From assembly GCA_010093705.1 (NCBI GenBank), contig MU006102.1:128123-192122 (forward strand): DNA of 64,000 nucleotides, given 5' to 3'. The notes beneath the pieces are model-generated. The model saw only the letters and a list, made by a program, of their open reading frames with translations, was not told the origin of the DNA and ran no database searches. Of this stretch, positions 37,979 through 50,608 are shown piece by piece. How positions within the stretch are numbered: the stretch's first letter is position 1; each line of letters begins with the position of its first letter. The DNA comes from Patellaria atrata CBS 101060. Its lineage: Eukaryota. The position numbers and the translations under genes are program-made.

Positions 37979-39710
37979 TTACCTCCGCCGTCTTCGTCGT
38001 AACTCAGATGCCACGTCTTCCACGTCTTCAATCTCCGGCTCTGGCTCTGGGTCCTTTAGTTGCGGCTCTTCCGAAGATGCCGTGTCCGCAAGACCGATCT
38101 CACCCGCCAGATACTTGCCAAAGTATTTCACCGCATGTAGCATTTCCTTACCCGTCGGGATGATATTATCTTTCGGAAGCAGAAATCCGTAGCTTCCAGT
38201 ATCTCGGAGTTTGATTTGGTAGGCATAATTGACCCGTAGTTCATGATAGAACCAATCGAGCGCACTTCCACCACCGCTTTCCATGCGCGGGAAGATTTTC
38301 TTGACTCCGGTCATTGCTACGTTGCCTTGACATGCTGAGGTAGCTTTGTATTTGTATCCACCATGGGACACGCGGATTGCTTTGGCTAGCCCAAGTGCCA
38401 GTTCTTCTAGATTTTCCAAAGTTGGCGGAGACTCGGTACATGAAAAGGAGTAAGGATAGAGAACTTGTTGAGAGTATGAGTGAAGGTCGAGGAAACCAAC
38501 AAATTCCACATTGTGATTCTCCGTTTCATTCTTGGCCCAATCTGCGAACCTTTTGGCTTCTACACCCTCGAAAGGAGCTTCACCGGCGTAACTTTCCGAA
38601 CAGGGGTTGCCTCGGGAAGATTCGCCATCCCATTTGAAGTTGAAAGACCTATCCAAGTCCACGCCGTTACAGAAACGTAGCGATGTCGGTTGACGGTTCT
38701 TGCGCCACAAGCGATCAGTCTCCCAGCTATATACGTATCCGTCTGGATTAAGGGTAGGAATGAAAATCCAGTCAAAAGCTTCCAAAAGCTCAGTCACACT
38801 TCTTGACTTCCCGAAGGAGGTTATAAGGGACCATGCTACATAGTTGACAGTACTGACGCTGATCCATTCACGAGCATGAGAGCCACCGGAGATGATAATA
38901 GTCTTACGAGGACCAGAAGGTTTATCATTATTTTTCGGATGTACTCCCACGCGCATCGCAGGAATATCGCGGCCCTCATAGGATATACCGATGTTAGCTA
39001 AACGGACATGAGTGGGAAATAAGGACCTCAAAAGCTGCATCCAGTGCGTGATAACAGAAAGTGGTTGATAGTCACTGAAGAATATATTGTTCTCATGGAC
39101 CTTGGAAGAGCTGGAGGGACCGAGAGTAAAGGTCTTCAACCCATTTGAAGGTGCAGATGGATCACTGCCGCTCGATGGCTGGGTATCGAATATGGTCTCA
39201 GCAAGACTGAAGTCGCGCATCAAAGGCCTATGTGAATGCTTGAGAGAGTCCGGTAGAAGTCCCAGTAAAGATGGGACCTGTCAATGGTATTAGCCAACTG
39301 TCACTTTGGTGAGACAAACTAGTGCCCGAACCTACCACATCCTTTGCCATTCTTATATCGACCCAGTCTTCCGTGAACTCCCAAACATCCAGAAATAATA
39401 TGCTCGAGGCCTCCGCTAGGGCCGATGCTTCCTTCGGGGTGCTTATATTGAACCTCAGAACCATATCCTCGCCATATCTAGCCTGAAGCTTGCCCAGAGG
39501 CAGACCATGGTTTGCAAGCGATGAATCGACCTTTGGGGCAGTAAAGACATTCTGCTTCTCAGGTATTCGCCATATCTTTCTGATAATTTGGTCTGATATC
39601 CGTCTCCAGGGCCGTAAGTTATTTTCCGGGCGACTCGAGGATGGGATATCTGCGACGAGAGCAGTTGTGAGCGAGATCAGTGTGGCCAAGGTCAAGATAT
39701 CCGCTCTCAT
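37979..39710 (-). CDS. ECM14: M14 metallocarboxypeptidase-like protein Ecm14 (probably inactive), 2 exons
   Basis: Signal peptide and prodomain; [41 protein letters not shown] (Lys at the catalytic Glu position). Confidence 0.9.
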
Positions 39711-40328
39711 TTTGAATGGTAGAAAGACTTGAGAAGGGTGATCTCAATGAAGCATAGTATTATTATCTACCTTTTGATAAATGTTTTTAGAGTATAGTCA
39801 ATTGGAAGACATGCAAAAGGTCTTGTTGAAGTGGGGAGTCGAGGGTTTAGTTCTGATGCCTGAATTGGCGGATCTTTTTGTCAAAGCCGCAGCGAATTGG
39901 AGGGGTTCGCATGAGGGCGGAGGTGGTGGAAGCTGGCCGTTTTCTCTGTGCTCTGTCAAACTCTCATTCACCATCAAACGTACTGCTACTTTCGTACATT
40001 TCTTTACATTCACAACTTCAAGCTTATCGAGGTACTTCTACGCGTCCTTGTTATTCCCCACCGTTTGTCGCCTGCCTTTGTTTATTGCAGCGCCGCCGCT
40101 CGTTTGTCAACAACATCTCTACCTAACACTCTCTTCCCCATCATCGTCTTCGCCCCTCGGATCTGCTTAAACCCGCTTCTTCAGCCTTACAGCTAAAGTA
40201 CCAGATATTCGGGCCAACCGCCTTGAATCCTTGAAACGCAACTCGAATTGCCTTGCGTAGCCCGCTCTACCTCTTCCTAACGCAGATGTCTTCGTAAACC
40301 ATATTTTGTTCACTCTTCATCTCTCGAC

Positions 40329-43300
40329 ATGCCTTTCTTGCGACCGAACCGTAGTGAGAAGGATTTGCGCAGACGAAGCACACTTGACCCTTACAATCTC
40401 TTCCGGCGCGGTGATCAAGACTCTCGAGCGAACGCTTCTTCCGATAACCTTTCCTCAGACCGTGGAGCTGTTTCTTACGATGGCGCGCGTCCAGATATTT
40501 CTAGCAGTGACATAGAGAGGTCTCCTTCCACAGCGGATCGCCCTACAACACCCGTGCAAGAACACACACCGAACACACGTCGATTCAGTCTCGCAAGATT
40601 CAGACATGCGTCAGATTCTCAATTGTCCGTAAAGGCTAAACAACAGGCAGAAAAGGAGAAGCCGCCGGTACCCGCAATGCCTACAGGTAAGTCAATGGTG
40701 GCTGATGTGTTTATGAGAACCATAACTGATGTCTATGCCTATAAGTAGCTCCTGCAATTATCACCACTGCGCCCACAATGGAACCTGTCATGGAAGATAC
40801 ACACTGGAGCCCGAATAGGAGGAGGTTCTTAACACTTGGGAAAAAGCCACGAGGTCGTGTGCTCGAGCAGATGGCGGCAGAAGAGAGGAGTAGTCAATCA
40901 GCACGTAACTCTTTTGAAAACCAACGGAAGACGATTGAAAAGAAGAAGAGAAACAAGCCATTTGGGAGTTTGCGAGGTTCGAGAAATGCAGAGGAGCCAG
41001 GTAGACTATCTGTCAGCCGCGCACGAGGAGCTCCTTCTGAGTCTGGAGACGAAGCAGATCTATCGGATCGCAATTCTGGAGAGAACGCAAGGACACCGCA
41101 AAACTCGAATAGTCCTTCCCCAAGCAGCTCCACCTTCTTCAAACTTTCGCGACGAAACAAGAATCGCAAGTCTCTATTCCCGCTTCCAGTCAAGATACCC
41201 CCGCCCGAATTTCCAGATACTGCGCCTACCACCCCTCGTGCTTCGACGAGTGCTAAAAGCTCGGGATCTGCAAATCAGTCTCCTGATGCTTACAGTCCCC
41301 CTTTAACTGCTATCCACCGGTCAGGTGTCGCAAACAATTCTTCCGAAGGAAAGGACTTGCCTTTGCAGTACAACACTCAAAATGCCGTAGCTCAGGCTTC
41401 GATAACTTTTGCCGCGCCAGCCGCCAGTTCACTCCTTAGAAACGATTCGAATGCCTCCGGTAGAACATCAAGTTCGTCTCCCATCGCTCAACGACCACTC
41501 CAAAGGAGAACTCGATCTTCTACTATGGGATCTGCGTGCGGAAGGGAAGAAGTGGCACCACCCACTCCACCATACGGAAGGACTTCGACCTCAACTGCTG
41601 GTCGAAACAGTTTTAGTAACCTTTTCAGTCTCGGGCACAGGTTCCGTCAGAATTCGGAACCTCACTCGCCCAGGCACGGTTCTCCTAGTCAAAATCATAA
41701 CGGAACTCCAGGCCACCTTTCGCATTCAAGCTCTATGAACATCAGCCGTGAACAACTTCTCCCTGAGCGTGAGGAAGGAGAAGCGCCAGGTAAATATCTG
41801 GAGCGTCTAGAGGAACATATAGTACGTAGCATGGTTGCCAGTATTTTAGCCAAGCACAATGACCCATTCTTTCTCTCCGTTCTACGGAGCTATATGCGAA
41901 AGTTTGCTTTCTTTGGAGATCCGATTGACTTCGCCATGAGGAAGCTACTCATGGAAGTGGAGCTACCGAAAGAAACTCAACAAATAGATCGAGTGCTAGA
42001 AGGGTTTGCAGATCGTTATTGCGAGTGTAATCCGGGCATATACATCTCCGTCGGTGAGTGGAGTAATCGATAGACGCCGTACTTTTACTAACTTGGTCTA
42101 GATCACGCCTATTTCATTACTTTTTCTCTAGTTCTACTACAATCTGATACCTTCAACAAGAGCGTGAAACGCAAAATGCAGAAACCTGATTATATCAGGA
42201 ACTCTCACCGTGAGGGAGATGGTATTTCTGAAGATGTCCTCGGCTGCATCTACGACAACATAGTGTACACACCATTTATCAAATTCGAGGATGACGTCGA
42301 TATCCGTGGCGTCAAAACCAAAGCGAAAAAACCGAAGGGACCCAAGACACTCAATAAAGTCGCTTCTGTAGACCCTGTAAAGAAAAGTTATCGAGAACCC
42401 ATCGATCCGTATACCTTGATCTTAGAGGGAAACTTGGATGTCCTGAGGCCACCTATTAAGGAGATTCTCAACTTGGATGATCCTTTTAACTATCTTGGCT
42501 CAGGCTCGAGTCTTGATATTAGGAATTACTACGGCATCTTTTCCAAATACGGTGTCCTTCAGATCATTTCCGCTAGATCTCGTCCTGAAGCGTTTATGTC
42601 TCCATCTTCAATGGAAAATCCAATGGACGCCACACCTGGCATCGTGGAAATGCCAGTGATTAAGGTTGGAATTCTTTGGCGTAAGGATACTAAGAGGAAG
42701 ACTGCTCGATCGCCATGGCAGGAATGGGGAGCTATTTTGACACGCTCTGGATTCTCTCTGTTCAAGAATTCAGGTTGGGTAAAAGGCCTGCTGCATCAAT
42801 TGGATTTACATCACAAACGTGGAAATACAGGCACACCCTGTGTTTTCGCCCCTCCTGTTCCTGACTACAAAGCCGATTACAGCATCCCAACTGAAGGTGC
42901 TGTGGCCTTGGTTGACGCTAGTTACAAGAAGCATAAGCACGCCTTTGTCATTTTCCGTAAAGGCAGTGGGGCTGAGGAAACATTCTTAGCAGAAAATGAT
43001 GCGGAGATGAATGATTGGCTCGGTAGGTTCAATTATACTGCAGCATTTGAAACCTCTGGTGTTCGACCGCGTGGACTTATGGGAGGCAATTACGATGGTC
43101 AAAGACAGCGAGGAATCAGACGGCTTGAGTCTTCAGCTTCCAGTAAATCCACTGAAACGGTTCAGACTCCCACTGGAGATGTCGTAATCCAGAGGGGAAA
43201 GATCGATAGACAGCTCGCTCATCAGATTATGGTAGCCCGTCGCGAGAACCTCCAAGTCAAGATCACAGAGAATGAGGAGAAGATCAGCCAAGCTATCAGA

Positions 43301-44689
43301 ACTCTCGATAGTCACCTTCGTGATGCTAGACACCTTCAGATCATGGCTCCTATCCAACCCAAGACGCGGGAGAACGTGATGCATGCAGCAGGCCGAACTG
43401 CGGCCAAGTTGAAATGGATCAGGATAGAAATCTGGCGTATGAAATGCCATCGAGATATTTTGGCCAAGGATCTTGAAGACGAGAAAGTCAATGCTGCTGC
43501 TACCGCAGCTAAGATTCAAGAAGTAACTGCACCAGCCGAGCCGACTCCTCCGCATAAAGCGCATAGGAACAGTGCCCTCGCACGTCTCAATTCGAAGGCC
43601 AGTTTGATCTTAGGTGGACAAAAGAGTCCTCAATCGCCGACGTATTCTATGCGCCCTGGTACAAAGTCATCCCAAAACACCGATTTTGGTGAGGACGCTT
43701 TCAAGACACCCCCCGAAGGGTCTCGTCAATCGAGCCCAGCGAATCCTCAAAATGGATGGGAGCTACCTCCTTTATCGATCCATTCCTCTAATGGGCGCAG
43801 AGCTTCGACTTCGAGTTTACCAAGTGTATCAGCTCGACAACCTCCCCTTGACCGACGCGCCTCTGTCGCTAGTATCAAAGAGCAATCAGCTACATCGCTT
43901 CCACGACCAGAAACTCCTTCACGCTATTCTACACCAACGGAGCAACTGGAACAACCACTCACCCCTCAAACACCCAAAGACCAGACTCCTGTTACAGATG
44001 GACGGCCAGAGACACCCAGCGAGTCTGACATTGACCCAACACTGGCACCAGGAAGTCCGGACTCTCGGAGCAAAGCTCGACGTAGCCTACATCGTACTCT
44101 CAGGGATTCTCAAGGTAGCCATCACCGCCGTAGCAAACATGGGAACACGTCCATGTCCAGCACTGCCACCGAAGATACCGACAATCAAGGTTTGCAAGGC
44201 TTACCAAGAGCTAGCGGGAAGATCACAGTTCATGGTAAGAAAGCATCAGTTATCACCTTTGGATCAGAGTGGCAAAATATGTCCGCAGAAGAGCGTCTTA
44301 AGACGCGCCGGCCAACGTACGACAGTGAATCTCGGCTTTCCGTGCCGCTGGTCACTGACGAAGAACTAAGCCATGAGCCTCAAAGATCTGCCTCAATCGC
44401 GAGTGAAAGCACTGCTACTGCACGCAGTATAAGAAGTTCGAGGGGTGGTCCACCTAGTAGCAAAGGTCCAGCTACTGATGATGACGATAACTTCCCTTCC
44501 ATTACTTCTCAACGTCAAGTCTCCTCTTCAACTGTCAGACCCTTCAAAGTAGCTCCTGAAATCCAGGATGATGATCAGGACTCTGCGGATAAGGACGGTT
44601 TGAAAGAACCCATCGAAGAAGAACCCACCGAGGGTTCCGACGACCCAGACGCGGCCAAGACCCGATTGCCTCACGCCGCTACTACCTGA
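40329..44689 (+). CDS. Sec7-domain Arf-GEF with PH domain (Syt1/Sec73-74-like), 3 exons
   Basis: FFGDPIDFAMRKLLMEVELPKETQQIDRVLEGFADRYCECNP, KRKMQKPDYIRN, IYDNIVYTPFI; PH-like KVGILWRKD...WQEWGAILT...EMNDWL. Confidence 0.88.
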
Positions 44690-45483
44690 TTTTCTTTATG
44701 TACCTTACTTTTCCTTTTACGATTCCAAAAGTCCTTTCATTTGCCATTTTCTGTAAGCGTAGCGAGTATCCCATTTACAGTGTTCAGCAGGTTCGAGCGG
44801 TTCGGATGATGATTCTATCGTCGATGCAGAAGTTGTTGTCGAGGATGGCGTTCAGGGGCGCATTTCGGACGGAGGTTATCCATTTCGAAGCGAGGACCCG
44901 GATGGAGATTTTATCTATTTGATGAACGAGTATAGGTTCGTCCACCATGTGAATCAGCGGGCGGTGGTCCCAGCCTTTATGGTTCGCAACGGACAAGCGT
45001 CTTTGATTTTCGTTGATGATGACGAGAGCTTCATTGGGATGTATAATAATTACAACTAATGGCGCGTGATATGATGAGGTTGCTGCGATGGAAAGCTATT
45101 CTGGCTTATCCGACCAGCATCTCGGTAGATTTGTTGACGCATATGTAGTCAATCAAATCCTCTAAAACATGCCCCTGATTCCCAAGAGCTGTGATATCAT
45201 TGAATTATCTGGTTGATGCATACCTTACCTGAATCTTTTCACGGGACATAAACTAGCTGAATAAATCACTGAGACTCAGATATGTAAGGTGGGGGGATAT
45301 TAACAAGGAATGTCAGGGGGTTCATCCTGGTGCATAGGGTAAGCTAGCGTAGATCATCGCAGCTCTAAACCGACCGCAACCTCCGCAATATCCCAAAACA
45401 TATGAAATTAGGAAACACACACAGCAACATAACTGTTCGATTTCAACCCGTCTCTCACAGAAGCAACCAAACCACCCGCAACC

Positions 45484-46672
45484 ATGCAATCGGGCATATC
45501 AGGTATTCTCCCCTCCACCGCCCTCCCACCAGTTAACTCATCCCACTAACACCCTCCCCAGCTTCCCAAGAGCTCCAAGATGCATTCAACGCCCTCCTTA
45601 CCGACCCCTCATCGCGAGGCCTCACAGCAACGATCCAATCCGAATCCATAGTCCCTCTCTCCACCATCCCCTCCAGCGGCCCTTTCCACACCGACCTCGC
45701 AGCTCTGCAACCCCTCCTCAAAGACACCCAAGCCCTCTACATCCTCCTCCGACGGGACCCCGACAGCAGCGCCACAAACGTCGACGGGAGCCCTGTCCCT
45801 TCCTTCATCGCGGTCACATACGTCCCTGACGCCGCCCCAGTGCGGCAGAAGACTCTTGTTGCGTCCACGCGGCTCACGTTGACGAGGGAGCTGGGCTCGG
45901 AGTGGTTCGCTGAGAGCTTGTTTGTGACTGATAGGGAGGAGCTGGGGGAGGAGGGGTGGAGGAGATATGAGGGCCATGAGGCGGCGGAGAAACCGTTGAG
46001 TAGGGAGGAGAGGGACCTCGAGGGGATCAGGGAGGCGGAGGCGAGGGAGAGTGGGGGGACGACGGGGAAGAGGGGACATGCGGCCGGGGTGGTTACGAGG
46101 TTTGAGGAGGGCGTTGGGGGGACGTTGAGGGGGTTAAGGGATGGGAGCGAGGGGAATTTGGTGCAGTTGGTGAGTTTGACCGTGGGAAGTGGGAAGGGGG
46201 ATGGGCTAACGGCTGCAGAAATTCGATGTTGCATCCGAAACGGTCCATGTGGCTTCTATTGATACTGTTGACACTGCGGGTCTTGCTACGACTATTTCCG
46301 CGTCTGCGCCAAGGTATTCGTTTTACAGGCATGTTTATGGCTCTGAAACTGCTATCATGTTCATCTATACGTGCCCTACGGCGTCGAAGATCAAGGAAAG
46401 GATGTTGTATGCGTCTGGAAGGGCTATAGCTATCAGTACTGCGGAGAAAGAAGGGGGTTTCACGGTTGCGAAGAAGGTATGTTGAATTTCTCTTATTTTG
46501 ATTTCAAACTACTGGGGGAGAGGGAGATAGGTAGGATAGTGCTAATGGCTGACAGCTTGAGGCGTCGAATCCGGACGAAGTTACCGCGGATCTGATTGAG
46601 GAGGAATTCGCGCCGAAGCAGGAGGTGAGTAAAGCGGCGTTTTCGAGACCGAAGAGGCCAGGAAGGCGGTAA
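45484..46672 (+). CDS. TWF1: Twinfilin (two ADF-H domains), 4 exons
   Basis: MQSGIS / ASQELQDAF...YVPDAAPVRQKTLVASTRLTLTRELG / ...PRYSFYRH...FIYTCPTASKIKERMLYAS / ...FSRPKRPGRR*. Confidence 0.92.
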
Positions 46673-47332
46673 AAGATCTTCCTTTAGGGTTTGGTTTGCT
46701 TGCGATAGAATAAAGGAGTACGAAAGCCAGCTTCGACTTATGATTATGAAGTGTAAAATGGGTACAAAACTCTGAGTACTAGTAGATAGGAAGATTACAT
46801 GAACAAGTATCATCACCTTCCATAAGCTACTATCGAAATAAACAATACCTCACTATCTATTAGGAGAACGAGTCCGCCAGCCATCGTTTTCAATTTATAG
46901 AAGACTCTTGAATACTAAAGATAGGCTTTGATTATAGCTTATACTCTTATTGAGCTTGGGTTAAGAAATCTACAAGCACGGCTTGAAGTTCGCTAACGAA
47001 AGTTCATATACTCTTAGGTATGGTACCTTATCGCTGCCGTTAGCCAGGTTAATTTTAAGGGTTAAAATACCTTAAAGCTAATTTAGAATGACTAAAATAA
47101 TAAATAATATAACGTGGGACACCTTGGGTAGTAACAAAAACCAAGATAGTGAATTTAAAGATGATTTCTTCTCGGCTACGATAGTTCTAGTTCTATAAAA
47201 CTACCTTACGGCCACGCATTTCGCACTTCACTGTGCATAATTTTCCATCCAAGAAACCTTTGCACCTCGACACATTACTCCGCCCAATGTTCGAATCGAA
47301 ACGCCCTAATCTAAGGTACTTTTTAATGGATC

Positions 47333-48328
47333 TTATTTGCAAGCTACCTGCCGCAGTTGTGGTACTGGAACCGGAACATGCTGAACGGATGTTTCGACCT
47401 CTTCGCCGCGCTGTTTAAACCGGCGGTATACCTCTTCGCAGAATCCTCTCTTTTCTTGAAACTCTTCGTCTGTCATCCTTTCAGTGGCGTCAGGTTCCAA
47501 ACCACCAAAGGTGCTTTCGACGTGTCTAGAGAGGTCCGCCATTAATTCGAACTTTCCTTGCTAACAGCCATGAATGACTTGGTCTACCGGTTCATCATGA
47601 TCCATAACGGGATAATCTTTTCTTATGAAATGGGTCACCATCTCCCAACCTGGGAATTTGTCGTCGACCTCCGTCCCTCTTGTGATGTACCAGAAGATCG
47701 AGCCCAATGCGAGCTGCTCGATACCTGGTCCAGCCATACCATATTGCCCTACTACCGTGGCCCCATGGCATTGTGTTGTGTATGGTTCTCCGCCTACATC
47801 GACACGCTCCCCAAAACGAAGTACATGATCAAGGTCGGTTAATTTGAGTTGGTTTTTATCATTGACGAGGATGTTACGAGAATTGATATCACCGTGAGCG
47901 AAGCCTATGGATTCAATGAGCGCAGTTGCTTTGCAGAGCCGCTGGATCCACTCATGAATCGATCGCGAGATATCCTTCATTTACATTCTCTACCAAAGGT
48001 TTTGCTCGTGTAGTGGCATGAAAGTTATACCAGGACAGAGGAAGAAGGTCTCGATAAGATATGAGTGCTCTCGACGCTCCTGAAGAAGCTTGAAAATGGA
48101 CTGTTCACTTTCGACATGATCGCTTTGAAGTCTGAGTGAAACTTTGGCAGCAACTGTACCATCGACCGAGATAATCACAGAATCTCCTCCGAGTGTGACT
48201 ATTTCAAAATCAGAATAACTCTTCAGCAGATTCTAAATGTTATGGTTAAGCCCCTGCCTTGACTGGGTTGGAACGATGGTTTGTGAAAAGTTCAACAGCG
48301 TCACAGAATAATTTGTATGTCCAACCAT
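47333..48328 (-). pseudogene. Protein kinase-like pseudogene with four in-frame stops
   Basis: One frame throughout: LGGDSVI...VAAKV...E...HGDINSRNILV...LKLTDLD...EPY...EQLALGSIFWYITRG...IHGC*QG; stops at 48235-48233 TAG, 47992-47990 TAG, 47983-47981 TAA, 47563-47561 TAG. Confidence 0.8.
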
Positions 48329-48505
48329 ACACCATGGTCGTTAGTGTTGTGTGTATTACACTGATTGTGATTTCGAAGACAACAAAAGCACAAAAGGCGA
48401 CAGTTCACAGTTTATATAGTAGTTCTACACAAAGGGCGATGATCCGTGCACCTAATGGAACACCCTACAGGACAGCTTTGCAGCACAACAGGAACATGAG
48501 ACATT

Positions 48506-48885
48506 TAGCATTCCATTCGCTCTTTCAAGATAATCCGGCCCAAGTCCAAATGAATATACTCACCCCTGGTTTTGACTTGGTTTTGAGCCTGTTATTGCTG
48601 AGCCTGCTGTTGTTGAACCTTCTGTTGTTGCAACAGCAGTTAGGCTTGCAGTTGAGCCTGTAGTCGAGCATGAGCGATCCATTCCCCATTATTCCAGACC
48701 CAAGTACCACTCCTAATACAATAATCACACGGGTCCCTTCTGGTCGTACTCCCCAGATGAATGATCTGGACAACACCTCTCGTTCGACACGGATTTTCCC
48801 GGCAGTTTATGAGAACCTGTTGATGACTCTCAGGCACATCATGCCCGCAAAACATCTTGACTGGTACAATGTTCATTTGGCACAT
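48506..48885 (-). pseudogene. Small Cys-rich (MC..CGH..C..C..CxxC) gene with a Gln-rich tail broken by two TAA codons
   Basis: MCQMNIVPVKMFCGHDV...CRENPC...PCDYC...QAQLQA*LLLQQQKVQQQQAQQ*QAQNQ; could still make a truncated 81-aa product; 3' end uncertain. Confidence 0.55.
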
Positions 48886-49357
48886 CTTGCTATAAGCTTG
48901 GGAAATACAATACTCTTCTCTCGTTACCTCATGTTCGAGACGTACAGCTGTAATATGAAGTTCTATCCGGCCATAGTCAGTCAACTCACTATCCAAAAGC
49001 GGGAATGGGGGTTAATCCGAGGTTACGGACCTCGAAATTGAGCACAATGCTGTATTTTCGCGAACGCTTGTTGAAGTTCACTTTACAAGAGTTGTATAAA
49101 GGGAGGTCAAACTGGTAGACTTATATACCTTGCCACCATGAGTCTCCCGTCGCACAACATACAAGTTGCTATGACCAGAAACTAGATAACCAGATCGCTT
49201 TATTGGGAGACATTCACTTCAGAAACCATTCCATTTCCCGCAAGATGAGCCCGACTGCAGAGGTTATTCGAAGACGTACCTCATCGATCAAAGCTGGGGG
49301 AGTACAAAAGTTTTGAAAGAGTTCGTTCACACATATGTGAACAAGACATAGAAACGA

Positions 49358-50100
49358 ATGACTCAGGACGCTCCGTCTTGTGAGCTGCTACTAGTTATCG
49401 AGCCCTCAACGGGGCATTAGGATTATGCAACCACGAACACAACACCGCAATTACCAGCATCTCGATCGGGAAGACGTTCGAGTAGCATTCCTAAAGGCCA
49501 AAACATGTGATTGCGTACCGCTTTCGTGCAGATTAGTGACGTTAGTGTTGTTGCACGAGGAACGATACAACTCATAAAGCTTATGGCCGGCCGCCCACCG
49601 TCTTATGAGCTATCACTGGTTGCCGAACCCTTGACGGGGCGTCAATTTTATGGAACGATGAAAACAGCAAGGAAGAACATCCCCCGTTCGATCGGGTAGA
49701 TGCACGAATAGCATTTCAACTTCACCAACCCGGAACGAAACACGTGACTTCGTGCTGCTTTCGTGCGGTTCAGCCTCGGGCTTCTTGAGGACGGCGAGGT
49801 TAAGGTGTGGTTGTACTGTACGAGGAGAGGGTCACGGATCCATGGCCTTTATGACCGACGCCAAACCGCCTTTTGAATCGCTACTGGGATTCGAGCTCTG
49901 GACGGGGCCTTAGTTTTAGGAGATCACGAAAACAAGAAGGCAGCAACGGGCAACCCGATCGGACGGATGCACGAAAAGTATTTCTACAATCACCATCCCC
50001 GGCGGAGCACGTGACTAGTCCTCCTTTTGTACGGCTCAGCCTTGCGGTCTTGAGGTCGGCGAGGTGGAGATGTCGTTCCACCAGGAGAGTGGATGTCGTA
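49358..50100. repeat. Three diverged tandem copies of a 225-268 bp unit
   Basis: Collinear anchors: CCG(T/C)CTTnTGA 49373/49598/49866; ACGGGGC 49409/49634/49902; CGATCGG 49463/49689/49956; CA(C/T)GTGA 49504/49741/50008. Confidence 0.85.
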
Positions 50101-50608
50101 TGATTCCTTTCAGAAAGGTGAGAGGACAGGGATCCGGGAGATCCAAGAGCACAAAGTATTGCCCAATGTCTGTTTGAAGCTCAAGAGAACCGGTGGAGGC
50201 CCAGGATCCGCGCTGGATAGAGAGAATTTTTGGCCCCGAACATTGTAGATCTTGTCAGTTGGGAATATACCAATCGGATACGACGGCTACCAGATTTGAA
50301 TTTTGCAAATACATCCCTCTTCCGCCACTACCGGCGTACACCTGCTATACAGTACACATTACGGCATAGTATCAGATATGACTCTTTTCCGGGCTTTAAT
50401 TAGTTCATATGAGCGGGTCACATCCTTTCCGCCTTTCTTTCCATCCTAAGTGTACAGTAAAGAGGAAGCTTCCAGACAAAGAAAAATATAAATTCGCCAT
50501 CTACATGTTATTCCCAAGAATTGAAAAGCCCACGGGCCTACACCCGACCTCTCTTCCCATCAAACCTCCTTCCATCTCTTCCCATTCCACCTTCCCCTTT
50601 TCCCATAA

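Noticed and set aside
43614..44369. 251-aa alternative-frame ORF inside the Sec7 gene
   Set aside because: Non-ATG start in a Ser/Pro-rich low-complexity region; no motifs; likely a shadow ORF
47333..48885. TAA/TAG reassignment to Gln as the explanation for the in-frame stops
   Set aside because: Conserved genes in this window end in TAA or TAG (for example twinfilin, mL46, CRIPT), so the standard code applies
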